Shown here piece after piece: positions 1 through 11,115 of a stretch of 64,000 nt of DNA. The notes beneath the pieces are model-generated. The model had not been told where the DNA came from. It worked only from the letters and a program-made list of their open reading frames with translations, and did not search any database. The position numbers and the translations under genes are program-made. Origin of the DNA: Lytechinus pictus (Eukaryota); assembly GCF_037042905.1 (NCBI RefSeq), contig NC_087251.1:12030001-12094000 (forward strand), in the 5' to 3' direction. Numbering within the stretch: position 1 is the stretch's first letter; every line of letters starts with the position of its first letter.

Positions 1-2782
1 TTATTTCTGAAAAAGGGACAATTTAGTTATAATGAATTTATACAAATTTTATTTCATATTTATTAATCTGTTATAAAGCCTAATGAGTGTGTGAAATTTG
101 TTGACAGTGCATGAGGCCTAAAAACTGGATATTTTAAGTATTTTTGTAATCATGAATGGGATTCATTAATTGGTTGATATATTTTTAGCAAATAATGCGA
201 GCGCAAATCGCGATCCGGAATTTTTTAATGGGGGGATTTAAGTAGTTTGTTATAAAATTAATATATAGGTATACATAACTCACCAATCAAAATGCGAGCG
301 CACAGCGCTAGCTCATAGGCCTTTATTATTTTTTTTACAATCGAGACACCTGAAAAGGTATATTTAGAGAATCTTATATGAAATATAAAAAGACAATACG
401 TAGGCCTACTTGGCATATAGTGCGAGCGCACAAAATGTTGCAAATGTTGATTCAAACCATAAAACGGACATTTTCCAGAGCACTTAAAACATAAATTGGT
501 AAATAAAACAAAATAATGAAAGATCGATGTCCGAGCTGAATTATGTTTTGTATATTGATATCAAAACTTGATATTTTAAACTACATATCAGCCTATTGAG
601 CAAGATATGTATCTCATCGAACAGGCAATGTGAGCGCGATGTGGAGCGAAACTTTAATATAGTGACATCAAATATTTTTTAAAATTGTTTTCCAAGTCTT
701 CTTCTGACCTTATTTTATTCACTCGTCTTCCACCTTTTATGTTTCGTCTTCTTTTTTCTCCTTTCTTTCCCCTTTTTTTTCTTCCCCCGTTTTTCACAAT
801 TTATTTGCTCTGTCAACAGGGGGGAGGTTGCCCTCGGGCCGCCTATGTTAGTAGTTGTTATGATGAACACGATGCATATCTATTAAGAAATGAATGCGAC
901 CGCGAAGCGCTAGCTGAAAACTTTTATAATGATGAAATGAAAAATACATTTTCAGTTGTCAGGTTAGAATATCAAATATTTTCAGCTTGTGCTTCTCGTT
1001 CGCATAAAAAACTGTAAGGTCGGGATGCGTATAATTATAACTAAACAATTTATTGATGCCAGTGCGAAGCGCGAGCTCAATTTTGTATATACTGACTTAA
1101 GAGGGACTAAGGTAGAATTCCTATTCTAATTGCTTGTCCTTTTCTCTTCCTTTTTTCTGTTTCTTACCCCTTTTTGCGCCACCATGGGGGGGGGGGGGCA
1201 AAATCTTTGCCCCCTGGATCGACCTATGTATGTTGACTTGAAAAACACTAAAACTTACATGTGGGATTGAAGCAGAGGATACATACCTCATTAATCAAAT
1301 ATTGCGAGCGCGTAGCGCGAGCTGAATTTGATAATAACCCTTTTTTGTGACCCTGAACAGGGTATCTATCTCGCTAAACAGACTTGAAACTCGAAAACAT
1401 TTTTTTTTTCTGTTATCGTAAAAACGGGATATTTTAATTCAGCCACATTAATTGAAGTTTTTTGGCAGGACATATATTTCACTATAAACAGGCAATGTTG
1501 CGTCCCCGGTCGAAAATGAATTTGCATGAAGCCCTCTAAGTTCAAGGTCAATTTGGCGCCCTCGGTTGAACATAAACTTGGCGCCCCCATGTGAAATATA
1601 ACTTTGCCCTCCCTCCCCTCTCTGAAACATGTATTTGTCGCATTATGGTCAAAATTCAAATTAGCGCTCCCCTAGTTCGAACATCAATTTGGTGCCCCGC
1701 TAGATCGAACATCAATTCGGCGCCCCATAGTTCGAACGTCATTTTGGCGCCACCAAATCAACGTCCAGGTCAACATCTCCCTCTTCCGTTTACCATCTCC
1801 TTTTCTTTCTTTTTTCTTTCTTTTATCCTCATTCCCCTTCCTTCCTTTCTCTTTCTTTCTCTCTTTCTTCCCCCCTCTTCTTTTCCCCCCTTTCTTCTCT
1901 TTCCCCATCTTTTCTTTCCCCCTTTTCTTCTCTTTTTGCTGTCTTTTCTTTCCCTCTTTTCCTCTCTCTTTTCTTGTTTTTCCTCTCTTCCCACTTACTC
2001 TCTCTCTTTTTTCTTCTTCTTTTCCCCCTTTTCCTTACTCCGTTCTTTTCTTTTCTTTCTTTTCCCTCTTCCACTTTTTTTCTCTTTTCCCCCTTTACTT
2101 CTCCCTTTTTCTTTTTCTTTCCTTCTCCCTTTTTTCTCTTTTAATCTTTTTTCTTCTCTCCCTCCCCTTCCTCCCTCTCTCTCTTTCTTCTCTTCTTTTC
2201 CCCTCTTCCTCTCTCTCTCTTTTTTCTTATCTTTCTTCCCATCTTCCTCTCTATTTAAATATTCTTCTCTTCCTTCCTCTTTGTTTTCTTCTTTTTCTTC
2301 CTTTTCCTTTCTCCTTTCTTTTCTTCTCTTCCTTTTCCCTCCTCTTTTTTCCCTCTTCTTTCCCCTTTTCTTCTCCCTTTTTTCTTTGTCTTTCCTTTCC
2401 CCTTTTTCTTCTCTTCCTTTCTCCTTCTTACTTTCTTTTCTATTCTCTTCTTTTCCCATCTTCCTCTTTCTTTTTTTATTCTCTCCCTTTTCCCCTCTTC
2501 CCCCTCTTTTTTTTTTTGAGCTGGTGGTGGGGGGGGGGGGGGTGAGGCAGTTCCCCCTCGGCCCTCCATGGATCCGCACCTGATAGAACCCCATGGCCTC
2601 GTATCATTTGACCTTTGGACCTCTCGATGACATTTGATATATCTGATCATAATTTTACACACACTGGGGACTATCGGACCCGCGGTCTATCGGACCCGCG
2701 GTCTATCGGACCCGCGGACTATCGGACCCGCGGTCTATCGGACCCGCGGTCTATCGGACCCGCGGTCTATCGGGATGTCCCC
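1..2782 (-). mobile_element. Foldback-like element copy A (partial, runs off window start), inverted sibling of copy B, carrying the same nested hAT-like insert
   Basis: 1-2782 is the reverse complement of about 4104-7043 (roughly 90-95% identity by eye). It ends in a 16-bp array and GGATGTCCCC at 2782, and shares the GGATCCGCACCTG|ATAGAACC junction with copy B. Confidence 0.9.
2669..2773. repeat. 16-bp tandem array G(T/A)CTATCGGACCCGCG, about 6.5 units
   Basis: Directly visible; forms the outer TIR domain of copy A. Confidence 0.95.
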
Positions 2783-2857
2783 GTCCCCGCGCGACCATGG
2801 GGTCTCGAAAAGGACCCTAAACAATTATTTCCTATATTCTGAAAATGCACCCCTTAA

Positions 2858-3240
2858 AGTGATTGGTTAACATTGGTTTGACTTTAAAAAAATCTGAGCT
2901 AGAAGGTCACACTTGTCACCTGTGTCTGTGATATGTTACAAAAATGAAGCCCAGAAAAAATTGAGTTCGAAAATAATTATTTAGTGCTTCAAAAATTGAA
3001 ATATAAAGTGACCGAAAACACCATCTTAATTTCATCCCATACACTTATGTGTACTATTTAGGCGTCTATAAGACGCCTATTTACAAAATCGGGGTTTGCC
3101 TTGTAGCTTTAGCTTTTAATTCTCAATAATGGTTGTTTTCAGGGTTTATTAGTTCTAATACATGCACTTGTATTGTACACATGTTTCATCTTGGTTTGAG
3201 AATTTTTTAAATTGGCTGCTCACAAAGTTAAACAATACCT
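2858..3240. mobile_element. Kolobok-type MITE (TTAA TSD, AG...CT ends)
   Basis: TTAA at 2854-2857 and 3241-3244; imperfect TIR AGTGATTGGTTAACATTG / AGGTATTGTTTAACTTTG. Confidence 0.7.
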
Positions 3241-3401
3241 TTAACAAGTATTGGCATGTGAAACCCCTACCCTTAACAGGTATTGGAAACAAAACGATAC
3301 TCTTGGCAAGTATTCCCCGAATTGAACCCCTATCTATTAAAACAAGTGCAGCGATATTTTAATTGTGTTTCGGACGTCGGTCGTACCTTTACCTACATAC
3401 C

Positions 3402-3606
3402 GAGGTTTTTTTACCCGACTGCTAAGAAAGCATGAATGCCTGTGAGCAAGCAACAAGGGGACCAACGGCTTAAGGTCCTCTCAGACTCCGAGGGACCTGG
3501 TAATGAGGATAAATGCCTTACAGGGCACTAGCGCACCACTTGGGAATCGAAGCCGGGTCACTGGAATCTGAAACCGCCGCTCTACAGACTGAGCTATCGC
3601 GACTCC
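3402..3606 (-). mobile_element. tRNA-derived SINE
   Basis: Minus strand begins GGAGTCGCGATAGCTCAGTCTGTAGAGC (A box), then GCTTCGATTCCC (B-box-like), a non-tRNA body and a short A-tail. Confidence 0.7.
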
Positions 3607-3628
3607 ATCATTGGGTTTAGTACGGTCC

Positions 3629-3798
3629 CACCCAAGCCAGGGTTCATTACATGCCGCCGCGCACAGAAAAATCAAGCCATTGAAGTCGTGTGTTGTGGAC
3701 CCAAGAAGTGAGATCCCAGCACGCGCGACCCACTAGTTAGAAATCCACTGCCAAACGCGGTTCGTGGTGCGAGGTTAGTATCGCAATACGTGTGAGTG
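3629..3798 (+). mobile_element. Small CAC...GTG element (module 1) flanked by direct repeat GTACGGTC(C)
   Basis: GTACGGTCC at 3620-3628 and 3799-3807. Inverted copy of 3957-4103 + 10255-10287. Its terminal hairpin has a 14-nt deletion. Confidence 0.7.
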
Positions 3799-4112
3799 GT
3801 ACGGTCCCACCTCCGACTCCTTGCGCGAACCATGCTCTAAACACATTGACTGTTGGGGCAAAAAGTACATCATTTATAAAACATTTGTCTTAATTTTTAT
3901 ACCCTCGCAAAGGCTAAACACATAGATTTCCTCGCGAAATACATGTAGATAGGGCCCACTCACACGTATTGCGAGGTTAGTATTAGTATACTAACCTCGC
4001 ACCACGAACCGCGTTTGGCAGTGGATTTCTAACTAGTGGGTCGCGCGTGCTGGGATCTCACTTCTTGGGTCCACAACACACGACTTCTATGGCTTGAATT
4101 TTCGGGGACATC

Positions 4113-4220
4113 CCGATAGACCGCGGGTCCGATAGACCGCGGGTCCGTTAGACCGCGGGTCCGATAGACCGCGGGTCCGATAGTCCGCGGGTCCGATAGA
4201 CCGCGGGTCCGATAGTCCGC
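4113..4220. repeat. 16-bp tandem array, about 6.5 units (left TIR of copy B)
   Basis: CCGATAG(A/T)CCGCGGGT units directly visible. Confidence 0.95.
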
Positions 4221-4303
4221 AGTGTGTGTCAAATTATGATCAGATATATCAAATGTCATCGAGAGGTCCAAAGGTCAAATGATACGAGGCCATGGGGTTC
4301 TAT

Positions 4304-7300
4304 CAGGTGCGGATCCATGGGGGGCCGAGGGGGAACTGCCTCAGCCCCCCCCCCCACCCCAGCTCAAAAAAAAGAGGGGGGGGGGGGAGAGGGGAAAAGG
4401 GAGAAAATAAAAAAAAAGAAAGAGGAAGATGGGAAAAGAAGAGAATAGAAAAGAGAGTACGAAGGAGAAAGGAAGAGAAGAAAAAAAGAGAAGAAAAAGA
4501 GGAAAGGAAAGACAAAGAAAATGGGAAAAGAAAAGGGGAAAGAAGAGAAAAAAGAGAGGAGGGAAAAGGAAGAGAAGAAAAGAAAGGAGAATGGAAAAGG
4601 AGGAAAAAGAAGAAAAAAAAAGAGGAAGGAAGAGAAGAATATTTAAATAGAGGAAGATGGGAAGAAAGATAAGAAAAAAGAGAGAGGAAGAGGGGAAAAG
4701 AAGAGAAGAAAGCGAGAGAGAGGGGAAGGGGGAGGGAGAGAAGAAAAAAAGATTAAAGAAAAAAAAGGGGAAAGGAAAGAAAAGAAAAAGGGAAAAGTAA
4801 AGGGGAAAGAGAAAAAAGAGGAAGAGGGGAAAAGAAAGAAAAGAAAAGAACGGAGTAAGGAAAAGGAGGAAAAGAAGAAGAAAAAAAGAGGAAGGAAGAG
4901 AATAATATTTAAAGAGAGAGGAAGATGGGAAAAGAGAAAAAAAAAAGAGTAAGGGGGGAGGAAGAGAAGAAAAACGAGAAAAGAGAGAGGAAAAGAGGGA
5001 AAGAAAAGACAGAAAAAGAGAAGAAAAGGGGGAAAGAAAAGATGGGGGAAAAAGAGAAGAAAAGGGGGAAAGGAAGACAATAAATGAGAGAAGAAAAGGG
5101 GAAAATAAAGAGAAGAAAAAGAGAGAGAGAGGAGGAAAAGAAGAGAAGAAGAAAAGGGGAGAGGAAGAGGGGGAAAGAAAGAGAGAAAGAAAGAGAAAGG
5201 AAGGAAGGGGAATGAGGATAAGAGAAAGAATAAAAGAAAGAAATGGAGATGGGAAACGGAAGAGGGAGATGTTGACCTGGACGTCGATTTGATGGCACCA
5301 AAATGACGTTCGAACTATGGGGCGCCGAACTGATGTTTGAACTGGAGGGGGGCGCCAAATTAATATTCGAACTAGGGGAGCGCTAATTTGAATTTTGACC
5401 ATATGGCGACAAATACATGTTTCAGAGAGGGGGAGGGAGGGCAAAGTTATATTTCACATGGGGGCGCCAAGTTTATGTTCAACCGAGGGCGACAAATTGA
5501 CCTTGAACTTAGGGGGCTTAATGCAAATTCATTGTTGACCGGGGGCGCAACATTGCTCGTATTGCCTGTTTATAGTGAAATATATGTCCTGCCCAAAAAA
5601 CTTAAATTAATGCGGCTGAATTAAAATATCCCGTTTTTACGATAACAGACAAAACCAATGTTTTTTAGTTTTAAGTCTGTTTAGCGAGATAGATACCCTG
5701 TTCAGGGTCACAAAAAAGGGTTATTATCAAATTCAGCTCGCGCTACGCGCTTGCAATATTTGATTAATGAGGTATGCATCTTCTGCATCAATCCCACATG
5801 TAAGTGTTAGTGTTTTTCAAGTCAACATACATTGGCCGATCCAGGGGGCAAAGATTCCCCCCCCCCCCCCATGGTGGCGCAAAAAAGGGGTAAGAAACAG
5901 AAAAAAAGAGAAAAAGGACAAGCAATTAGAATAGGAATTATACCTTAGTCTTTCTTAAGTCAGTATATAAAAAAATTGAGCTCGCGCTTCGCGCTGGCAT
6001 CAATAAATTGTTTAGTTATATACGCATCCCGACCTTACAGTTTTTTATGCGAACGAGAAGCAAAAGCTGAAAATATTTGATATTCTAACCTGACAACTGA
6101 AAATGTATTTTTCATTTCATCAAGTTTTCAGCTAGCGCTTCGCGGTCGCATTCATTTCTTAATAGATATGCATCGTGTTCATCATAACAACTACTAACAT
6201 AGGCGGATCCAGGCGGCCCGAGGGCAACCTCCCCCCTATTGACAGAGCAAATAAATTGGGAAAAACGGGGAAAGAAAAAAAGGGGGGAAGAAAGGAGAAA
6301 AAAAAGAAGACGAAACATAACAGGAGGAAGACGAGTGAATAAAATAAGGTCAGGAGAAGACTTGGAAAACAATTTTTGAAAATATTTAATGTCACTATAT
6401 TAAAGTTTCGCTCGCGCATCGCACTGCCTGTTCGATGAAATACATATCTTGCTCAATATGCTGATATGTAGTTTAAAATATCAAATTTTGATATCAATAT
6501 ACAAAACATAATTCAGCTCGGACATCGATCTTTCATTATTTTGTTTTATTTACCAATTTATGTTTTTAAGTGCTCTGGAGAATGTCCGTTTTATGGTTTG
6601 AATCAACATTTACAACATTTTGTGCGCTCGCACTATTTGCCAAGGAGGCCTACCTATTGTCTTTTTGTATTTCATATAAGATTTTCTAAATATACCTTTT
6701 CAGGTGTCTCGATTGTAAAAAAATAATAATAAAGGCCTATGAGCTAGCGCTGTGCGCTCGCATTTTGATTGATGAGTTATGTATACCTATATATTAATTC
6801 TATAACAAACTACTTAAATCCCCCCATTAAAAAATTCCGGATCGCGATTTGCGCTCGCATTATTTGCTAAAAATATATCAACCAATGAATCCTATTCATG
6901 ATTACAAAAATACTTAAAATATCCAGTTTTCAGGCCTCATGCACTGTCAACAAATTTCACACGCTAGGTTTAACAGATTAATAAACATTAAATAAAATTT
7001 GTATGAATTCATAATAACTAAATTGTCCCTTTTTCAGAAATAAATATCGACAAGTTTTAGGAAAAGAAATAGAAGACAGTCATCATTCGTATATGATGAC
7101 AAAATGTCCTTAGGCCTAAAATGTCTCGATCCTAGGTCAAAATAATAATAAAATATCAGCTCGCGCTTCGCGCTCGTATTATTTATATAGTGCTATCAAA
7201 TTTCACTATATACACAGTGCTGTAAACAGTGCTTAAATTGACCCTTTTCATATTGGAATTTCAAATATTATTTTCAGCTCGGGCTCTGCGCTCGCACTAT

Positions 7301-8938
7301 TGATTTTTATGATGAAAAATGAAATGTATTCAGATTGCCAGGATTCTGTCGAACTCTAAAACACGCGCACGCATGTTTTTTTGAGATACAAAGCTTGATC
7401 TTATTCAAAACGTGCTAAAATTATCCAGTTTCGAATCAGAATATCAAAAATTTTCTGCTCGCGCTTTGCGCTCGCATTATTATTGTAGGAAGATACCAAA
7501 AATTACCCATCCTTTTTCATGATTGACAAACATGAATCGAATGTCCCATTGGGGGATTTGAAATTTCATCTTTTTAGGTTGGAATATCAAAAATGTTCAG
7601 CTCGCGCTTCGCGCTCGCATTATTTAATCGTTGAAATATGTATCGTCTTAATGGCTAACTACAAAACATCCTTAACAGGTCCCTTTTCGACCAGGCCAGA
7701 ACGAATATTTAACATTTCTGCTCGCGCTTCGCGCTCGTGGTAATTATCTAGTTACATACGCGTCCTGTTCAGGTTCACAAACATTGCCCAAAATGTTCAA
7801 TTTTCAGGACAAAATACATGAAATTTCATTTTTAGATTACATAGGGCTTAAGAGATTATTACACATTTATGTGGCTTATAAAGTAAAGCTAGGAAATGAC
7901 TGTTAGGACATGGGCGTTTTGCCCACCCCCCCCCCAAAAAAAAAGAGAGAATCAAGACTAAGAAAAAATAGAGATAAAAGGAAATGGATTAGGATGAAAT
8001 ATAATATTATTTACCAAATATTATGTCAAAATCTATCACAACCTTGTATTTTTGTAATAAAAATGTCGGCATATTTGCTTGCTCGCTTCGCTCACTGGCA
8101 ACTTCTTATTAATTCTATGCGATACACCATATCGAGCCCCCTCGAAATTGTTGGCTCATTACGGCACTGGGACAACCCCTTCAAAGAAAAAAAAATCAAC
8201 TTTGAGCGGCCGATCGGGGAAAATATGGGTGAAAAATGGCCCCTCCCCCTATTGGCGGAAGCTGGGACCGCCCCTGACTTAGGCTTTCAGGATATAATAC
8301 ATGAAAAATCTATTTAAAAAAATCAGATCGCGCTTCGCGTTCTCATTATTTATTTAGGCCATGTGAGAGACCTCAATGTGTTTTTAAGAATGAAATCTCA
8401 AATTTTCTTTAACGTCTACCCCCCTCCCACTTCATTTATTTTTTTAACTTGGTGCCGTCGCCACCCCCCCCCCCCCCCCGTGCACCCATGCTGAATAAAT
8501 ACGCCACTGATGAGGAGAATTACTCGATTGCTTCGAGATTGCATTATTCCCAAGAGGTTATCATTAATATTATTGAAGGGTATTCTAAATCAACAGTACA
8601 GAAACTACAGCTCTCGTTCACACAATATTCTAGTAGGGCCTACTCTGGTTAGAAGTTACACCAATTTGAACACCCCCCCCCCCCATCGCTCGTGGTTCGC
8701 GCTCCCATTGATATCACATTATACATGTATATTGAAGGATTTTTTTTTATAGAACACATGAAAAAGTGGTCTTTGTTTTTTTAAAATGTGATTATAAGAT
8801 AATTCAAAATCCATTTAAGGCACTTAAGTTAGCCTGGCCAGGAGGGAGTGGGCGCCATTTTTCGAAAAGTACACATGGGCGCCAAAAATCAAGTCAAATT
8901 CCCCCCTCCCTCCCCACGAAATCCTGGATCCGCGCCTG
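4304..8938. mobile_element. hAT-like non-autonomous element nested in the left TIR of copy B
   Basis: TIR CAGGTGCGGATCCA / TGGATCCGCGCCTG; 8-bp TSD GGTTCTAT at 4296-4303 and 8939-8946. The foldback TIR resumes after it. No transposase ORF. Confidence 0.85.
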
Positions 8939-9163
8939 GGTTCTATAACAATAACCCAATTAGGGCAATCACCCCCTGACAACTACTTCAAGGAAAACAT
9001 TATCCCCATATTTTTACCGCCGGGGACTGTTACCCCCCCCCCCCCCCCGGAAATTTACTCTCCAGACAATTACCCCGGATAATTACCCCTAGTACGGAGC
9101 CTTGAAACTGCCATCAACGTGAAGACATGGCGTGGTACTTTATCTTGCCATGTCTTAATTAAT

Positions 9164-9492
9164 CATTGGTGGCGGAAGGCAAAAAAAAATAGGGGGTCCA
9201 CCTGAAATTTTGGGATGGACACAGGTAAAAATTTTGACAAGCAAATCAACCAAAATTTATAGGAGGGACCACCAAAATTTCTTGACAAGAAAAAAAAAGG
9301 TTATCAACCAAAATTAGGGGGGGGGGGACAAAAAGATTTTAGGGGGGGCCCACCTCAATTTAGGGGGGGTGGACGTAGAAAACAAATTGAAAAGCAAACA
9401 AAAAGGTTCTCAACTAAAAATCTAGGGGGGACCGTCCCCCACCTCAAATTTAGAGGGGAAATACCCCCCCCCCCCCGCTTCCACCGCCTAAG
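9164..9492. mobile_element. hAT-like MITE nested in copy B
   Basis: 8-bp TSD TAATTAAT at 9156-9163 and 9493-9500; imperfect TIR CATTGGTGGCGGAAG / CTTCCACCGCCTAAG. Confidence 0.75.
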
Positions 9493-10020
9493 TAATTAAT
9501 ACGCTTATTATTTCGACATAGCGATATATTCTATCTTGTCAAGTCGATATGTCCACATGGCGAGATATGAAGTGTACAAGTCCCGGCGAGAATCCCGATA
9601 TATCGCCTTGCTGACATGTAGTCGACTTGGCAAGATAAAATATCTCGCCATGTTGACATATAACTTTTTATAAGTGGACTGACTTGGCAGGATAACGTAT
9701 CGCGCCATGCGGACACATGGACATAATAAGCTTATTTAGTCGACAAGGCAAGATAAAGTATCTCGCCATGTCGTCAAGTCGATGGCATTTTAGAGGCTCC
9801 GTATGGCGTCTAGAGGGTAAATTTCCGGGGGGGGGGGGGGGGGTAACAGTCCCTGCACGATAAAAATATGGGAATAATATTTTCCTTGAAGTAGATGTCA
9901 GGGGGCGATTGTCCTTTGGGTCATCGTTATAGAACCCCATGGACTCGTATCATTGGCCTTTTGACCTCTTGATGACATTGGATCTCACTATATCCTGATC
10001 ATAATTTTACACACACCGCG

Positions 10021-10237
10021 GACTATCGGACCCGCGGTCTATCGGACCCGCGGTCTATCGGACCCGCGGACTATCGGACCCGCGGTCTATCGGACCCGCG
10101 GTCTATCGGACCCGCGGACTATCGGACCCGCGGTCTATCGGACCCGCGGTCTATCGGACCCGCGGTCTATCGGACCCGCGGACTATCGGACCCGCGGACT
10201 ATCGGACCCGCGGTCTATCGGACCCGCGGTCTATCGG
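10021..10237. repeat. 16-bp tandem array, about 13.5 units (right TIR of copy B)
   Basis: G(T/A)CTATCGGACCCGCG units directly visible. Confidence 0.95.
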
Positions 10238-10711
10238 GCTGTAACCGAATTTTCTGTGCGCGGCGGCATGTAATGAACCCTTGGGTGGATATAGGGCCTA
10301 CCCTTTTTTCATTAGTGTTTTTGACACCCTTATTACGTACGTAACGTGCCCTATCTTGAAAAAGACATCCTTTTTACAATTTTTTTGGTCGCGCATGGTA
10401 TCCACTCGTCAATGTAAGTGCCCCCCCCCCCCCCCGGGCGTCAATGTGATATTTCTTGAAATCAATTGGTTTTGTATAATTTTGTAAATATTTTGTGAAC
10501 AAAGTTGAAAAGTCCGCGAAGTTTGGACACCCCACCATACATTTTATGTTTGGTGTAATTATACTCATCTAAATATTGGTCTAAAAGTCTAACACCAAAA
10601 AAATGAGACTAGAGGTCAACACTGAACTTCAGTTCAACTGAAGTTGAAATCACTCATGTGGATTGTGGGGGCATGATTGATTAATGATTTGATGATAATT
10701 AATAATCTCAC

Positions 10712-10807
10712 CTGGTAAGCTTTACTCCGGCTTTCTTGATCAATCTCTGGGTTCATTGTGATATTAACTGCATCTATCAGCTGCAATGTCTGCTCTTCAA
10801 GCTCCAT
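10712..10807 (-). CDS. XPO5: Exportin-5-like, coding exon 1 (rest of gene presumably beyond window start)
   Basis: CAAAATG start; translates MELEEQTLQLIDAVNITMNPEIDQESRSKAYQ, then phase-0 donor CAG|GTGAGA. Resembles the XPO5 N-terminus as recalled (QLVKAVTVMMDPNSTQRYRLEALK). Confidence 0.75.
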
Positions 10808-11115
10808 TTTGAATTATTATTGTTAATCATGAACAATAATGCCTCTCTCTTAGCTTCTTGGACCAGGATACCTCTCAATCAATATCGTTCACTGCATGTG
10901 TGATGCATGTGGTGTGTATACTGTAGCTCTAAAAATACACGTGCGCCATCTCTTGTTGAACCCTGTATGTATACGGTATACAAGTCGTCATATATATCAT
11001 ATCGATACTTGAACTAAAATGGCACCGTTCTGATTGTTCTCCCCTGGAGTATCGTGATGAAAAGTGACAATTTTCGACCTGTTTTCTTAGAGCTGGGGAA
11101 AACTTTTGTTGGAGA
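10808..11115. promoter_or_regulatory. Putative bidirectional promoter and 5'UTRs between XPO5-like and ZNF318-like
   Basis: 308 bp between divergent ATGs; contains CACGTG (~10938) and YY1-like CGCCATCT (~10944) and AAAATGGC (~11016). Function is inferred. Confidence 0.6.

Larger units (their letters stand above)
4104..10246 (+). mobile_element. Foldback-like (TU-type architecture) element copy B, 8-bp TSD GAATTTTC
   Basis: GAATTTTC at 4096-4103 and 10247-10254; ends GGGGACATCCCGATAG / CTATCGGGCTGTAACC. TIR is a 16-bp array plus a non-repetitive inner arm (4221-4303 + 8947-~9160 pairs with ~9735-10020). Confidence 0.85.
3957..10287 (-). mobile_element. Small CAC...GTG element (module 3), split by foldback copy B
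   Basis: Joining 3957-4103 to 10255-10287 restores an inverted copy of module 1. ATAGGGCC at 3949-3956 and 10291-10298; 14-bp-stem hairpin at 3970-4001. Confidence 0.7.

Noticed and set aside
1591..2662. 330-aa F/L/S/P ORF and overlapping K/R/E ORFs
   Set aside because: Translations of a stop-poor pyrimidine/purine tract inside a transposon; open in several frames.
2615..2870. Repetitive ORFs (YRTRGLSDPR...) and CRISPR-like look of the 16-bp arrays
   Set aside because: Contiguous tandem units with no unique spacers, no cas genes, and a eukaryotic context; they are TIR repeats.
3530..3606. Possible tRNA gene
   Set aside because: A and B boxes are present but there is no clean cloverleaf, and it continues into a SINE body. 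The same applies to 41000-41068.
4341..5444. 367-aa minus-strand ORF
   Set aside because: Low-complexity tract in the inverted copy; no domain.
10625..10645. Perfect 10-bp hairpin AACTTCAGTT-C-AACTGAAGTT
   Set aside because: Single short instance with no supporting context.
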